The notes: generated by a model not told the origin, from the sequence alone. A DNA stretch of 64,000 nucleotides from Hemiscyllium ocellatum (GCF_020745735.1 NC_083435.1:26597231-26661230); one strand, 5' to 3'; shown: positions 12,201 to 23,720, numbered from the stretch's first letter. Numbers and translations: made by a program.

Positions 12201-12375
12201 TTCTCTCACACAAATGTTTCTCACTGTCTTGCACGCTGTCTCACAGTCGCATTTCTCACTCTCTTGTTTCTTGATCTCTCTCTTTCGCTCTGATAATGAG
12301 CAGTTTCTAATGCCTCTCTTTCCATTAACAGCTTCTGATGAAAGGACATCCTCAGACGATTCTGCCATTTCCTGA
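6199..12375 (+). CDS. MHC class I heavy chain, nonclassical-type, gene 1 (intact, 7 exons, 342 aa)
   Basis: Exons 6199-6247, 6649-6909, 7084-7356, 7446-7709, 10962-11066, 12075-12107 and 12332-12375 are all GT-AG, phase 1, and total 1029 nt with no internal stop. Motifs: HSLRYF, PEFVIVGYVD, NQT glycan site, GCD...ECIEWL, SCLVTGFYP, YSCQVEH. Confidence 0.93.
6649..6909 (+). CDS. Gene 1 exon 2, alpha1 domain
   Basis: Acceptor TTTCAG|AA, donor G|GTGAGT; ETHSLRYFITGMTPIPNFPEFVIVGYVDG...SRTNQTG. Confidence 0.95.
7084..7356 (+). CDS. Gene 1 exon 3, alpha2 domain
   Basis: GIHIYQMMTGCDL...WDGQDLISFD...YLEVECIEWLRKYLEYG; both Cys present. Confidence 0.95.
7446..7709 (+). CDS. Gene 1 exon 4, alpha3 (Ig C1-set) domain
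   Basis: LSCLVTGFYPRAIEVTLW...ILPNHDWTYQ...YSCQVEHSGL; donor G|GTAAG. Confidence 0.95.
9230..10150 (-). mobile_element. CR1 LINE remnant in intron 4 of gene 1
   Basis: DFSKAF...GVPQGSVLGPLLF...FADDTKMGG on the minus strand. Confidence 0.85.
10962..11066 (+). CDS. Gene 1 exon 5, connecting peptide and transmembrane
   Basis: Long CT tract then GGCAG|TC; VPKSHSQVRVIVGIVFGLLGIISLAVVAVVMHKKK; donor G|GTAGGA. Confidence 0.88.
12075..12107 (+). CDS. Gene 1 exon 6, cytoplasmic (GGMKSGYNPTN)
   Basis: Acceptor TTTTACAG|, donor |GTAAGT; Tyr motif typical of class I tails. Confidence 0.8.
12332..12375 (+). CDS. Gene 1 exon 7, terminal cytoplasmic (TSDERTSSDDSAIS*)
   Basis: Acceptor CCATTAACAG|; Ser-rich tail ending TGA; conserved in all four units. 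Confidence 0.78.
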
Positions 12376-12426
12376 GGTATGAATATTGTTGGTCGATGTT
12401 GTGAGCAGACTATTCTAACTGGGATA

Positions 12427-12584
12427 TAGAACAACCTCAATTATCCGAACGAGATGGGCGGGGAGTATGTGGTTTGGATAACTGACCTGATCAAAAACAA
12501 ACAAAGCATTGACAAGACCTCGAGATCTTGTTTGGATAATCTGAAATTCAGATAATTGATGTTTGGATAACCGAGGTTATTCTA
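12427..12584. mobile_element. Tc1/mariner-type MITE just 3' of the stop codon
   Basis: About 24-bp imperfect TIRs (TAGAACAACCTCAATTATCCGAAC ... GTTTGGATAACCGAGGTTATTCTA) flanked by TA. Copies at 26471-26644, 39876-40049 and 54564-54721. Confidence 0.7.
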
Positions 12585-12809
12585 TATTGGGGCTGATTTT
12601 CGCTGTATGATCAGGAGGATGGACACTGAGCTCAGACTCTCTCTCTCCCTGTGTGATCACTACAGACCAGCTCATGCAGTTTGACACTAAGCTTTCAGAC
12701 TGTCCTTCTGGGGTTGGTTGACTTTGTCCTGGTCTCAGCCTCAATATATCGTCAAGAGGAGGGATTTAGGCTATAGAAACATCTGGAAACCTGACATCCT
12801 GGATGGGGC

Positions 12810-13502
12810 AAAAAATGAGGTCTGCAGATGCTGGAGATCACAGCTGCAAATGTGTTGCTGGTCAAAGCACAGCAGGCCAGGCAGCATCTCAGGAATAGAG
12901 AATTCGACGTTTCGAGCGTAAGCCCTTCATCAGGAATAAGAGAGAGAGCCAAGCAGGCTAAGATAAAAGGTAGGGAGGAGGGACTAGGGGGAGGGGCGAT
13001 GGAGGTGGGATAGGTGGAAGGAGGTCAAGGTGAGGGTGATAGGCCGGAGTGGGGTGGGGGCGGAGAGGTCAGGAAAAGGATTGCAGATTAGGAGGGTGGT
13101 GCTGAACGTGGCTGAAGAGTTTCTGTGCAGAGGAGATGACCTGGGGGGTGCAGTGAGCTCCTCTGCAGATTTCAGTGAGTCCCTCTCTCACTGCACCCTC
13201 CAGGTCATCTCCTCTGCACAGAAACTCTTCAGCCACGTTCAGCACCGCCCTCCTAATCTGCAATCCTCTTCCTGACCTCTCTGCCCCCCACCCCACTCCG
13301 GCCTATCACCCTCACCTTGACCTCCTTCCACCTATCCCACCTCCATCGCCCCTCCCCCTAGTCCCTCCTCCCTACCTTTTATCTTAGCCTGCTTGGCTCT
13401 CTCTCTCTCTTATTCCTGATGAAGGGCTTATGCTCGAAACGTCGAATTCTCTATTCCTGAGATGCTGCCTGGCCTGCTGTGCTTTGACCAGCAACACATT
13501 TG
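12810..13502. mobile_element. Penelope-like element terminal repeats in inverted orientation (hairpin insert), unit A only
   Basis: 15-bp TSD CATCCTGGATGGGGC (12795-12809, 13503-13517); arms ~12847-13157 and 13187-13502; same sequence as the 3' end of the Penelope at 17739-19085; site empty in D. Confidence 0.9.
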
Positions 13503-15844
13503 CATCCTGGATGGGGCCTCTAGTCATCTGATTTGACTCCTTTAGAGGAGTCATACTCCTAGACTTCTCGCTGTAGTTTGTTTCTGGAGTTCAGTTTTGC
13601 TTTCCCGGGATTCTGAATTGCTGTGATGTGGTGGGTGGGGTCTAGATCTGATGGAGGCCTCTGAGCAGGTCAAGAGACCAGAGCATGTGGGGATAGAAGA
13701 GAACTATTTTGACTGGCTGGGGTGTCTCGGACTCGAATGTCAGTGTAGTTTAAAGTCCGATCTATTGAGGGTGAAACTAGGAAACACTTCCACAAATACA
13801 GACTGGGAAATGGTTAGAACGCTCTCTTTCTCAGAAAGTAATTGATGCAAAATGAACTTCAGTGACTTAAAATCTATAAAACTCAAAACTAAGAGACGAA
13901 TGGAAGCTATATAAATGGATTGAGGCAACACACCAGCAAAGATCTGATTTGAATAGTGGAACAGGATTGAGGGGCTAAATGGCCTCCTTATCTTCCATGT
14001 TCCTGTGGGTTTTGCTGGTCTTTAGGGAGTGGGTCTGAGGGGTTTTACTGATGTTTGGGGAAAGGGGCTTTAGTGTTTCACTGCTGGTGTTTATGGGAGA
14101 TGCTACAACATCTGCTGGGTTTTCTGTGCTTTGTAACAGAGTTTTTTTTCTCTTCCCCAGGATCTTCTAATCTCCTTGCTGGAAACCAGATTTCCATTGC
14201 TGGAATTGATCTTCTAATTTGTTCATCCTCAATTTCAGGAGTGATTTGAATTGTCAGTCTGGCTTAGTGAAATGTCTACATTTTGTTAATTTTAGATGAT
14301 TGAAATCCATCTGTGGCAGATGTTGAATTATGAATTCAGTCAGATTTAAAATGAAGAGACAGCTTAATGGTGATAATGTAATCTTTATTGTTTGTTGTTA
14401 AAAGCCATCTGGTTCACTAATGCCCTGCCAGGATAGAAATTATTACAGTCTGGTCTACATGTCACTGTGCAATGAGTTAACTCTTAACTGCCCTCTGGAC
14501 AACAAGCGCTGGCATTGCCGGTGATGGCCAAATCTCAGGAAACAACTTTTAATGTTTGACAGTGTGGTTATTTTTCCTGAGCAGAAACTTCATCTCCACA
14601 GCACAACACCCATTGGTCATGCTCCATGCACAATACTGCCAGTCAATTCAACACATTCACATGATCTTCATCAGCCATTCATCACTGGGATCATTCCAGA
14701 AGTCAATTTGAATTTTCCTGCACCTTAAATACTGAGGGAAGCCTTTTCCATGAGCTTGTTACGCAGCAATATCTCTGGATACTGATGGAAGACAACATTA
14801 CCTTACTGTAATGTCATGAATAGATGTCATGAATCCACCTCTTGCCCAGGCCATGCTGCAGTCTCACACTGCCTGACTTGAACTATTTCCATGTTCACAC
14901 TCCTATCAATTTATAACCTTCCACGTGCAAAGCCTCAATAGAGCTGCGTACTCATGGCCTGCATTCCAGCTTCCTGTCTTGGGTTCAAGGCTGCACTATT
15001 TTCTGTCCCACTCTCTCCAACTCTGAGATTTCGCTGAGGTGTTTATTGAGTCATCGAGTCATACAGAACAGAAACGACCCAAACACTCCATGCCATCTAT
15101 GTTCCCAAACTAAACTAGTCTCACCTGGCTATGCCAGGTCCATATCACTACAAACATTTATTATTTGTGTACTCATCCAAATATAAATGGTGTAACTGTA
15201 CCATGTCCACCACTTCCTCTGGAAATACATTCCAAACACAAACCATTCTCAGTGTAAAAATGTTGCTTCTCATGTTGGTTTGAATTCTTTCTCCTCTCAC
15301 CTTAAAAATATGGTCCCTGGTCTTGAAATTCATCCCTCCTCCACACGCGGACACATATACACACACCTCCACATACAGACTCATACAGACCCTCTCTCAT
15401 ACACATGCTGTCTCTCATACCCACATAGTCCCGCATACGCACATCCACACATGTGCCCTCTCACAGGATTATACTCTGTCACGCTCACACACACACACAC
15501 TGCCAAGCACCCGCACCTGTAAACGCAAACTCCCGTGCACTCACTCACATACATGTGTATGCGCATACACACACACACAGCTATCAGGTGAATTTGCATT
15601 TGCAGAATTGATTTTGCAAACATGTTGCATACTTTTGTAGCAAAATATAATCTGCAGACAGTCAATCCATATCACCTTAAGTTATCTCAAGAATGTGGCT
15701 TATAAGAAATTCTGGCATTTTCATATTAATGAACCAAAACCTACAACCAATGCTGAAAGGCCTAACAACAATCTTGATTTGTTCAATATATTGTTTCAGT
15801 TGTATGATGCTGTGATCGTTTGCTATAAATTCTGTATCTTGTCT

Positions 15845-15975
15845 CACAGCTATCTGATGAAGGGGTAGCGCACTGAAAGATAGTGCTTCCAAATAAATGT
15901 GCTGATTTATAACCTGGTGTTGTATGATTTTTAACTTTGTCCACCCCAGTCCTATGCCAACACTCCACATCATTT
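15845..15975 (+). mobile_element. Old Penelope-type terminal repeat remnant shared by all units
   Basis: CTGATGAAG...TAGTGCTTCCAAATAAA...ATAACCTGGTGTTGT...CACCCCAGTCC. Copies at ~29145, ~42590 and ~63055. Confidence 0.55.
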
Positions 15976-17738
15976 GCAATAAGAAAGAGTCTAACCGTCA
16001 GCTTTTGACCATCAATAGCTTTACCATCACTGAATCCCACGATCAACCTCTGAGGGGTTACCATTAACCTGAACCTGAACTGGACCGAACATATAATACA
16101 GTAGCTACAAGAGCAAGTTAGAGGCAAAGAATACTGCAACATGCAACTCACCTCTGACTCACCAAAGCCAGTTCACCATCAAGAATGCACAATTCAGGAG
16201 TGTGATGTAATACTCCTGACTTACCTATATGTGTGGAATTCCAGCAACACTGATCAAGTTTGACACCATCCAAGACAATGCATTGGCACCACATTCATAA
16301 CTAATTAGCTACTCCGCAAGTGACACTCAGTAGCAGCAGTCCATACTGTTTACAAGATGCACTGTGAACCTTCAACACAACACTTAGACAATGCCCTCCA
16401 CATCAATGTCCATGACCTCCCAGAAGCATAAGGGCTGCAGATACATGGGAAAACCACCATCTACATGATATCCTCCAAACTACTCACCATCCTAGCTTGG
16501 AAATATATCTCTATTCATCAGTGTCACTAGGTCACAACCCTGGAAGTCTCCATGAGTGTGGCCAGAGCCCACATTGGTCAGAGCCCTTGAAGATTCTGGC
16601 CACAGAAACTGACAGACAAGTGCCCTACTCACATCAATCCAATGACCCGATGAGATGTATGATGGTGGCCCTGAGGCCGTACTGGGAGATTACCAGAGGT
16701 TACTGTTCATGGACCAAACCTACAAAATCAATGTGTGATTTCCCTCCCCATCAGCTGATAGCGATGTGACAATTCCACCAGCTCCCCACACCATTGTGCA
16801 GAAGTTGCTGTCTGAGAGAATGGATGGAATTGTGCAGAAAATCCCACACACTTCTGTTTCCAGGTGAAGACCAACCATCCAGCGTTCATGGTAACACCAA
16901 CTGTTGCACTGACCTACAGAACATTCAGCAAAATGCATTTGCCCACTCATTCAACTTGTCCAAAATACACTGATACATCTCTGCATCCTGCTCACAGCTC
17001 AGCCTCCCTCCCAGCTTTGCGTCATCTGCAAATTTGGAGGTATTACATGAAGTTTGTTCATCTAAATCATTAATGTAGTGAATCGCTGGACTCCAAGCAC
17101 TGATCACTGTGAAACCCCACACATCATTGACTGCCACAAGGAAAATGAACATATATTCTTGCTTTCCAACTACCAATGGGTTCTTGAAACAAACCCGCAT
17201 CAAGACACACAGAACTTATTTAAAAATTAGTTTATAGCACTGATAATTTTACACTGTCAGAAGTAAGCCAGAGGGAAACACCAATAATCATTGGAAGTGA
17301 GAATATAGTTATTCATAAAGGTTTATGTTAAAGTATACGGGTCAGACCAATTAGCATCATTCACAACTTTTCCTCATTCTTCATTCTTGAAAAGTGACAA
17401 AGGACAATTTAGGAACCCAACTCAGCAACATCTGAAGGAGGAAGACAGGAACCTAGCCATTGCTGTACAATACGTGCTGCAATGAAATATGTGAAACCAC
17501 AGTAAAGGTGGACAAACCTATTCAAGCTGTAAGTTCACTCAGTGAAGCCAATTAAAGAGAATAGGAGTCTTTATTAAAATCAGCATGAATTATTCAGAAT
17601 GCCATGAATAATCTTTGAAAAACTATGAAGAGGACAGGATTAGTTTTAAAACCACAGACATCTGGTTCCATTCAGTAGAGTCAGTATAGAGGACACAAAT
17701 TGTTTATTAGGCTACACTCAGGCAGATTCCTCTATTTC

Positions 17739-19085
17739 ATCAACTTTACTAACACCTTCCATCCCGACCTGAAATTCACCTGGACTGTCTCAGACTCCTC
17801 CCTCCCCTTCCTAGACCTTTCCATCTCTATCTCGGGCGACCGACTCAACACAGACATCTATTATAAACCGACTGACTCCCACAGCTACCTGGACTACACC
17901 TCCTCCCACCCTGCCCCCTGCAAAAACGCCATCCCATATTCCCAATTCCTTCGTCTCCGCCGCATCTGCTCCCAGGAGGACCAGTTCCAACACCGCACAG
18001 CCCAGATGGCCTCCTTCTTCAAGGACCGCAGATTCCCCCCAGACGTGATCGACGATGCCCTCCACCGCATCTCCTCCACTTCCCGCTCCTCCGCCCTTGA
18101 GCCCCGCTCCTCCAACCGCCACCAAGACAGAACCCCACTGGTTCTCACCTACCACCCCACCAACCTCCGCATACAACGTATCATCCGCCGTCATTTCCGC
18201 CACCTCCAAACGGACCTCACCACCAAGGATATATTTCCCTCCCCTTCCCTATCAGCGTTCCGCAAGGACCACTCCCTTTGTGACTCCCTCGTCAGATCCA
18301 CACCCCCCACCAACCCAACCTCCACCCCCGGCACCTTCCCCTGCTACCGCAGGAAATGTAAAACTTGCGCCCACACCTCCACACTCACTTCCCTCCAAGG
18401 CCCCAAGGGATCCTTCCATATCCGCCACAAGTTCACCTGTACCTCCACACACATCATCTATTGCATCCGCTGCACCCGATGTGGCCTCCTCTATATTGGT
18501 GAGACAGGCCGCTTACTTGTGGAACGCTTCAGAGAACACCTCAGGGACGCCCGGACCAACCAACCCAACCACCCCGTGGCTCAACACTTTAACTCTCCCT
18601 CCCACTCCACCGAGGACATGCAGGTCCTTGGACTCCTCCACCGGCAGAACATAACAACACGACGGCTGGAGGAGGAGCGCCTCATCTTCCGCCTGGGAAC
18701 CCTCCAACCACAAGGCATGAATTCAGATTTCTCCAGTTTCCTCATTTCCCCTCCCCCCACCTTGTCTCAGTCGTTCCCTCAACTCAGCACCGCCCTCCTA
18801 ACCTGCAATCTTCTTCCTGACCTCTCCGCCCCCACCCCACTCCGGCCTATCACCCTCACCTTGACCTCCTTCCACCTATCCCACCTCCATCGCCCCTCCC
18901 CCAAGTCCCTCCTCCCTACCTTTTATCTTAGCCTGCTGGGCTCTCTCTCTCTTATTCCTGATGAAGGGCTTATGCTCGAAACGTCGAATTCTCTATTCCT
19001 GAGATGCTGCCTGGCCTGCTGTGCTTTGACCAGCAACACATTTTCAGCTGTGATCTCCAGCATCTGCAGACCTCATTTTTTACTC
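17739..19085 (+). mobile_element. 5'-truncated Penelope-like retroelement (RT C-terminus + GIY-YIG endonuclease), unit B only
   Basis: ORF track 17700-19205 contains LPFLDL, DIYYKPTD and CGLLYIGETGR..ERFREH. 17-bp TSD GCAGATTCCTCTATTTC (17722-17738, 19086-19102). Confidence 0.93.
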
Positions 19086-19409
19086 GCAGATTCCTCTATT
19101 TCTAACAACAAAGTTGGGAATGCTCCATATTGGCTGCAAAAGCCCAGAAAAATCCTTCAATTACCAATACAGAAGACACATTGCTGGATTGTAATACACT
19201 CCTGACTTGCGCAGAAAATATTTCGCTCTTAAAGTTTTCATTTGGGGGAATTGAATTTTGCTTCACCCAATCCGATGATATAATGAGGTCTTAGTTGAGC
19301 TGTTCTTGTATCAGCACAGTCGACAAAAGCCGAGTAAAACACAAATGAAACGGAGAAATGAGGCAGTAAACCCAGATTCTGGTGACCAAGTGGACGTCTT
19401 TCGGTGATT

Positions 19410-19525
19410 GGAAAGTCCCAATCCTGGGCGGAGTTATGCAACCTGTTTGTTGTCTATTCTGCCGGAGTCTGGTGACTCACGGAGTCGTTTTATTGTGATT
19501 GGATCGATGATAGTTTGGGACCAAT
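19410..19525 (+). promoter_or_regulatory. Gene 2 proximal promoter (kB, SXY, CCAAT)
   Basis: kB 19410-19419; S 19439-19444; X1 19461-19472 (GAGAC>GAGTC); X2 19473-19479; Y 19498-19502; CCAAT 19521-19525. Confidence 0.75.
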
Positions 19526-22500
19526 CAGTGTGAAGGTGTCTCGGTGAAGAGGGGCAGTAACAGGAACTGAAGCAAAGTGCTGAAAAATATGTCTGGAGAG
19601 ATAGTGAAGACTCTTCTTCAGAACAGTTTAATATCATTCTCGATGACAGCTCACAGACTGAGACAGTCCGCTGGAAAATAATTTATCCTCCCAGACTGTC
19701 AACTGAAGTCACGATGATTGGACTGATAGTGCTGGGGCTTCTATGGGGAGAGCTCTCTGCAGGTTAGTAATGGGGGTGTGAGAGAGGGTTAGAGCCAAGA
19801 TGGGAACTGGAGCTTTAACCTTTGTTCATGTTCCCGTCAGAATGGTTTATAGGGTAATATTTATCTAATTACAGGTTTTAAACGTCAGTGAATCCACTGT
19901 TTTAAATGATTTAGGTTCGTACGAGATTTAACCATAAGGCCAAAAGATCTGTATTTGCGAAATTCAAAAGATCTGTTGAACATTACAGGGTGGAAAGGGT
20001 GATTGGTAGACTTTTTTTTCAAGTAAAAAGGAAAAGAGAAAAAAGTTAACAACATCATGTGATGAAGCTGAAGTGAATTGTATAATTCTCTCCAGTGCTG
20101 GAGAAAAGGTGAACAAAATGATTCATGATTCAGGAATTCATGCCCTGATTTTTCTGTGTTTCAGAAACTCACTCTCTCCGGTATTTTGTCACTGGTATGA
20201 CTCCGATTCCCAATTTCCCAGAGTTTGTGATTGTTGGTTATGTGGACGGGGTCCAGTTTGTTATGTATGAAAGCAATCGCAAGGATTTAATCCCCCGGGA
20301 ACAGTGGATGGTGGACAGCGAAGGACCCAAGGCCTGGAAGCGGAAACTTTCCCTCGCTCAGGAGCGAGAAGACATTGCCAAACAGCACATTCCGATATTA
20401 ATGTCTCGGCCAACCAGACAGGGGGTGAGTACTCACCGTTCCACAGAATGAGATCGTCCTGTGCATTTGGGAAGTCGGGGTGGGAATGGGTGAAATTAGG
20501 AGTGAATCTGACTGGCTGTGGGAATGGTTGGAGGGGACACCAACTGTCTCTGTCTCTGATCAGCAACTTGTGTTTCTGATTGACAGGGATCCACATTTAC
20601 CAGATGATGACTGGCTGTGACCTGGGGGATGATGGGACTGTGAGTGGGTTCACCCTCAGACGATGGGACGGGCAAGATTTGATCAGCTTCGATAAGGACC
20701 ACAGGGTGTGGGTGACCCCAATCCGCTGGGCAGAAAGCATCAAAAACAGATGGGACCAGGATGTGGTGGGTAATCGGAGGTGGAAGCAATACCTGGAAGT
20801 GGAGTGCATTGAGTGGCTGGGGAAATACCTGGAGTACGGACAGAGGGAACTGAGAGTCGGTGAGTGAGTGGGAGTTGTTGTGGTGGATGGTGTCTGGACC
20901 TTTCCCTCTTTATGTTCCTGCACTGACCCCTCTTCCTCTCTCCCTCAGTTGCCCCCATTGTGTCCTTTATCCGTCTGGGTGATGCTAACCGGCTGTCCTG
21001 TCTCGTCACTGGGTTTTACCCACAAGCCATCGAGGTGACTCTGTGGAGGGACGGAGTGTTGATCGATGAGACCCTGTCCACAGGGATCTTACCTAATCAT
21101 GACAGGACCTACCAGATCCGGAAATGGATAGAATTTGATCCGGAGGATCAGGCCGAGTATTCCTGTCAGGTGGAGCACAGTGGATTGGAGGAGAAGCTGG
21201 TGGTGATTTATGGTAAGGTTGATTCTCTTTGTTAGAGAGGAATCGGACTCCGACCAGGATCACAAGAGAGAGGACTAAGAGGGGGACGTTCATATGAACT
21301 GTCAGTGTGTCACAGTGCTCACATCAGTTGTAGAGGACAACAATTCAGGCAGTGAATCAGGGACAGTTTGCCAGTGTATCCTGGTGTGTAATGCTACCCA
21401 GCATCTTAATATCCAGGGATATTACACACACACATATCAGATATGTCCATTCAGTTCACCATATTTCCTGAGCACTCTTCAAGTCCATGGACACTTTAAT
21501 CTCAAAGGACAAGGGCAGTAGATACTTGGGAACACCAGCTCCTGCAAGTTCCCCTCCAAGCTACTCAGCATCCTGACTTGGAAATACATTGTGGGTCCAT
21601 CTACAGCACATAAGCTGCATTGGCCTAAGAAGGCAGCTCACTACCGCCTTCTGTACAGCAACTAGGGAATGACTGTAAAGACTGGCCCAGGCATTGACAC
21701 CCATATCCCTGTGAATTAAAAAAGAGAAACAAGATTCTGATATGTTTTATTATGAGACAGTCCAGTAAATCCAGGGATAATAATGTCCAATAGGATCCAT
21801 AGATATTTCAGCTTGGCAGCATCCAGTGTATCCTGGAATTGTAGCCCAGTCTATTTAACATTGTTTGTTTCTTGATGATCTTTGTCCAACTCAGTATAAC
21901 AATGAATAGTCAGCATGAATTTTGAGGGAGAGTATTCTGTTTGACCAACTCCGTTGAATATTTTTCATGAAGTAACAGAGGGTACACAGTGGTAATGTTG
22001 CAGATGTACTGTTGCTAAGTTTTCAAAAGGCCTTTGATCAGATACTCCCATAATAGAAACGTTTAGAGAATGTGGGGTCAGTGGGAATGTGACAAAATGG
22101 ATTGTTAGCTGCTTTGCAGCCAGGAAACAAAGATTGGGGGAAAAGGGTTAGTTCGTCAGTGTCAGAATGTGGGAAGTGGTGTTCTGAAAGGGAACACTTC
22201 CCTTCACATTTACAATATTGATTTGGACTTTGAAATTATGGAATCACAGAATTGTTCTAAAGAAGGCTCTTCAGCCCATCATGCCCTGACTGTCTCTCTG
22301 AGCATTACTACTCAGTACTATTCTCCAGACTTCTCCCCATCACCCTGAATATGGTTTTACTTAAATGTAATTTTAGAATTTAAATTATTATATACAGCAG
22401 CACAAAGCAGTCTAGAGACCAAGACAGGAATACCAGGTAGTCCCAGGGAGGAGAGAAACATTTCAAGATATTCTAACAAAGAGCAGAGATGAGCTTTGGA

Positions 22501-22669
22501 CACTCCTGTGTGATAGGAGACAGGAGATGCAAAATCCCAACGTGTGGTGTCTCATGCACAGGACAGCCTGGTTGTGTCTACGACATCACATTAGTCATTG
22601 ATTCTGGTGATCAAAAACAATTGTCTCCAAAGAAAAACATTTTCGCTTGTCCAACTACTCCTCATAATT

Positions 22670-23720
22670 CAGTCCCTTGTATCATGGAAACGTCTTTCTG
22701 CACTGTTTCCAGTTTAATAACATCCTTTCTATTAGCAAGGTGACCAAAACACAATATTCCAAGTGCTGCCTCACCAATGTCCTGTGCAACTGCACATAAT
22801 TTCCCAACTGTACTCAATGCCCTGACTGATGAAGACTGGTGTGCTAAAAGCTGCCTTCACTGTTCTGTCTACCTGTGACTCCATTTTCAGAGAACTGTGC
22901 ACCAGAACTCCAAGGTCTCTCTGTTCCACAATAGTCCTTAAGGCCCTTCCATTCACCTAGAAACTCCTACCTTGATTTGACTTTCCAAATCACAAGACCC
23001 CACACCTATCTGCATTAAACTCCACTTGCCACTTCCCCAGCTGATCAACGTCCTGCTGCAATTTTTGATAACTTCCTCACTGTCCATGATACCGCCCGTT
23101 TCAGTGTCATCTGCAAACATACTAATCATACCTTGTATGTTCTCATCCAAATCATTGATATTGATAACAAACAGCAATGGGCCCAGCACTGACTCCTGAG
23201 GCACACCATTAGTCTCAGCCCTCCAGTCCAACAAACATCCTTCCGTTATTACCCTCTGCTTCCAAAGCATCAAGCCAATTGTATCTCCAATTTGCCAGTT
23301 TCCCCTGAATTCCATGCGATCTAACCTTCCAGGGCAACCCACCGTGTGGAACCTTTTTAAAGGCCTTACTGAAATCCATTTAGATTATGTTCCTGGTCAC
23401 TTCAAAAAGAATTATAAAAAAATTTGTGAGGTATGATCTCCTACGCACAAAGCTGAAAATGTGTTGCTGGAAAAGCACAGCTGGTCAGGCAGCATCCAAG
23501 GAGCAGGAGGATCAACGTTTTGGGCATGAGCCCTTCTTCAGGAATGCACAAAGCCTCCTACGCACAAAGCCATGCAGAGTATTTCTAATCAAACTCTGTC
23601 TTTCCAAATGCATGTGTATTTTATCTCTCCGAACCTTCTCAAGTAACTTACCTACAACAGATATTAAGCTTACTGATCCATAGTTCCCAGGATTTTCTTT
23701 GCAGCCCGGCACAATATTTG
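22670..23720 (-). mobile_element. CR1 LINE remnant in intron 4 of gene 2
   Basis: GVPQESVLGPLLFVININDLD...FADD; paralog of 9230-10150. Confidence 0.8.
23454..23554 (-). mobile_element. 101-bp Penelope-type terminal fragment, unit B only
   Basis: 16-bp TSD CTCCTACGCACAAAGC (23438-23453, 23555-23570); resembles but differs from the other Penelope termini; site empty in A, C and D. Confidence 0.8.

Larger units (their letters stand above)
1..16006 (+). repeat. Tandem segmental unit A (contains MHC class I gene 1)
   Basis: Anchor GACCATCAATAGCTTTACCATCACTGAATC at 1 recurs at 16007, 29303, 42744 and 63212, and the intervening sequence is colinear between units. Confidence 0.95.

Noticed and set aside
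6199-12375. W-category or class II-type MHC gene
   Set aside because: The single chain has the alpha1+alpha2+alpha3 class I layout with the N86 glycan site and alpha2 disulfide.
12376-16006. Poly(A) signal of gene 1
   Set aside because: No nearby AATAAA was found. An ATTAAA in B and C (~27216, ~40624) reads CTTAAA in A and D. The 3' end cannot be placed from sequence alone.
17811-18713. Pro-rich and Gly-rich ORFs on other frames and strands
   Set aside because: These are shadow frames of the C-rich Penelope coding sequence.
16933-19390. Similar size (~1.3 kb) of the two unit B deletions and the unit A insertion
   Set aside because: The breakpoints are unrelated and share no sequence, so this is treated as coincidence.
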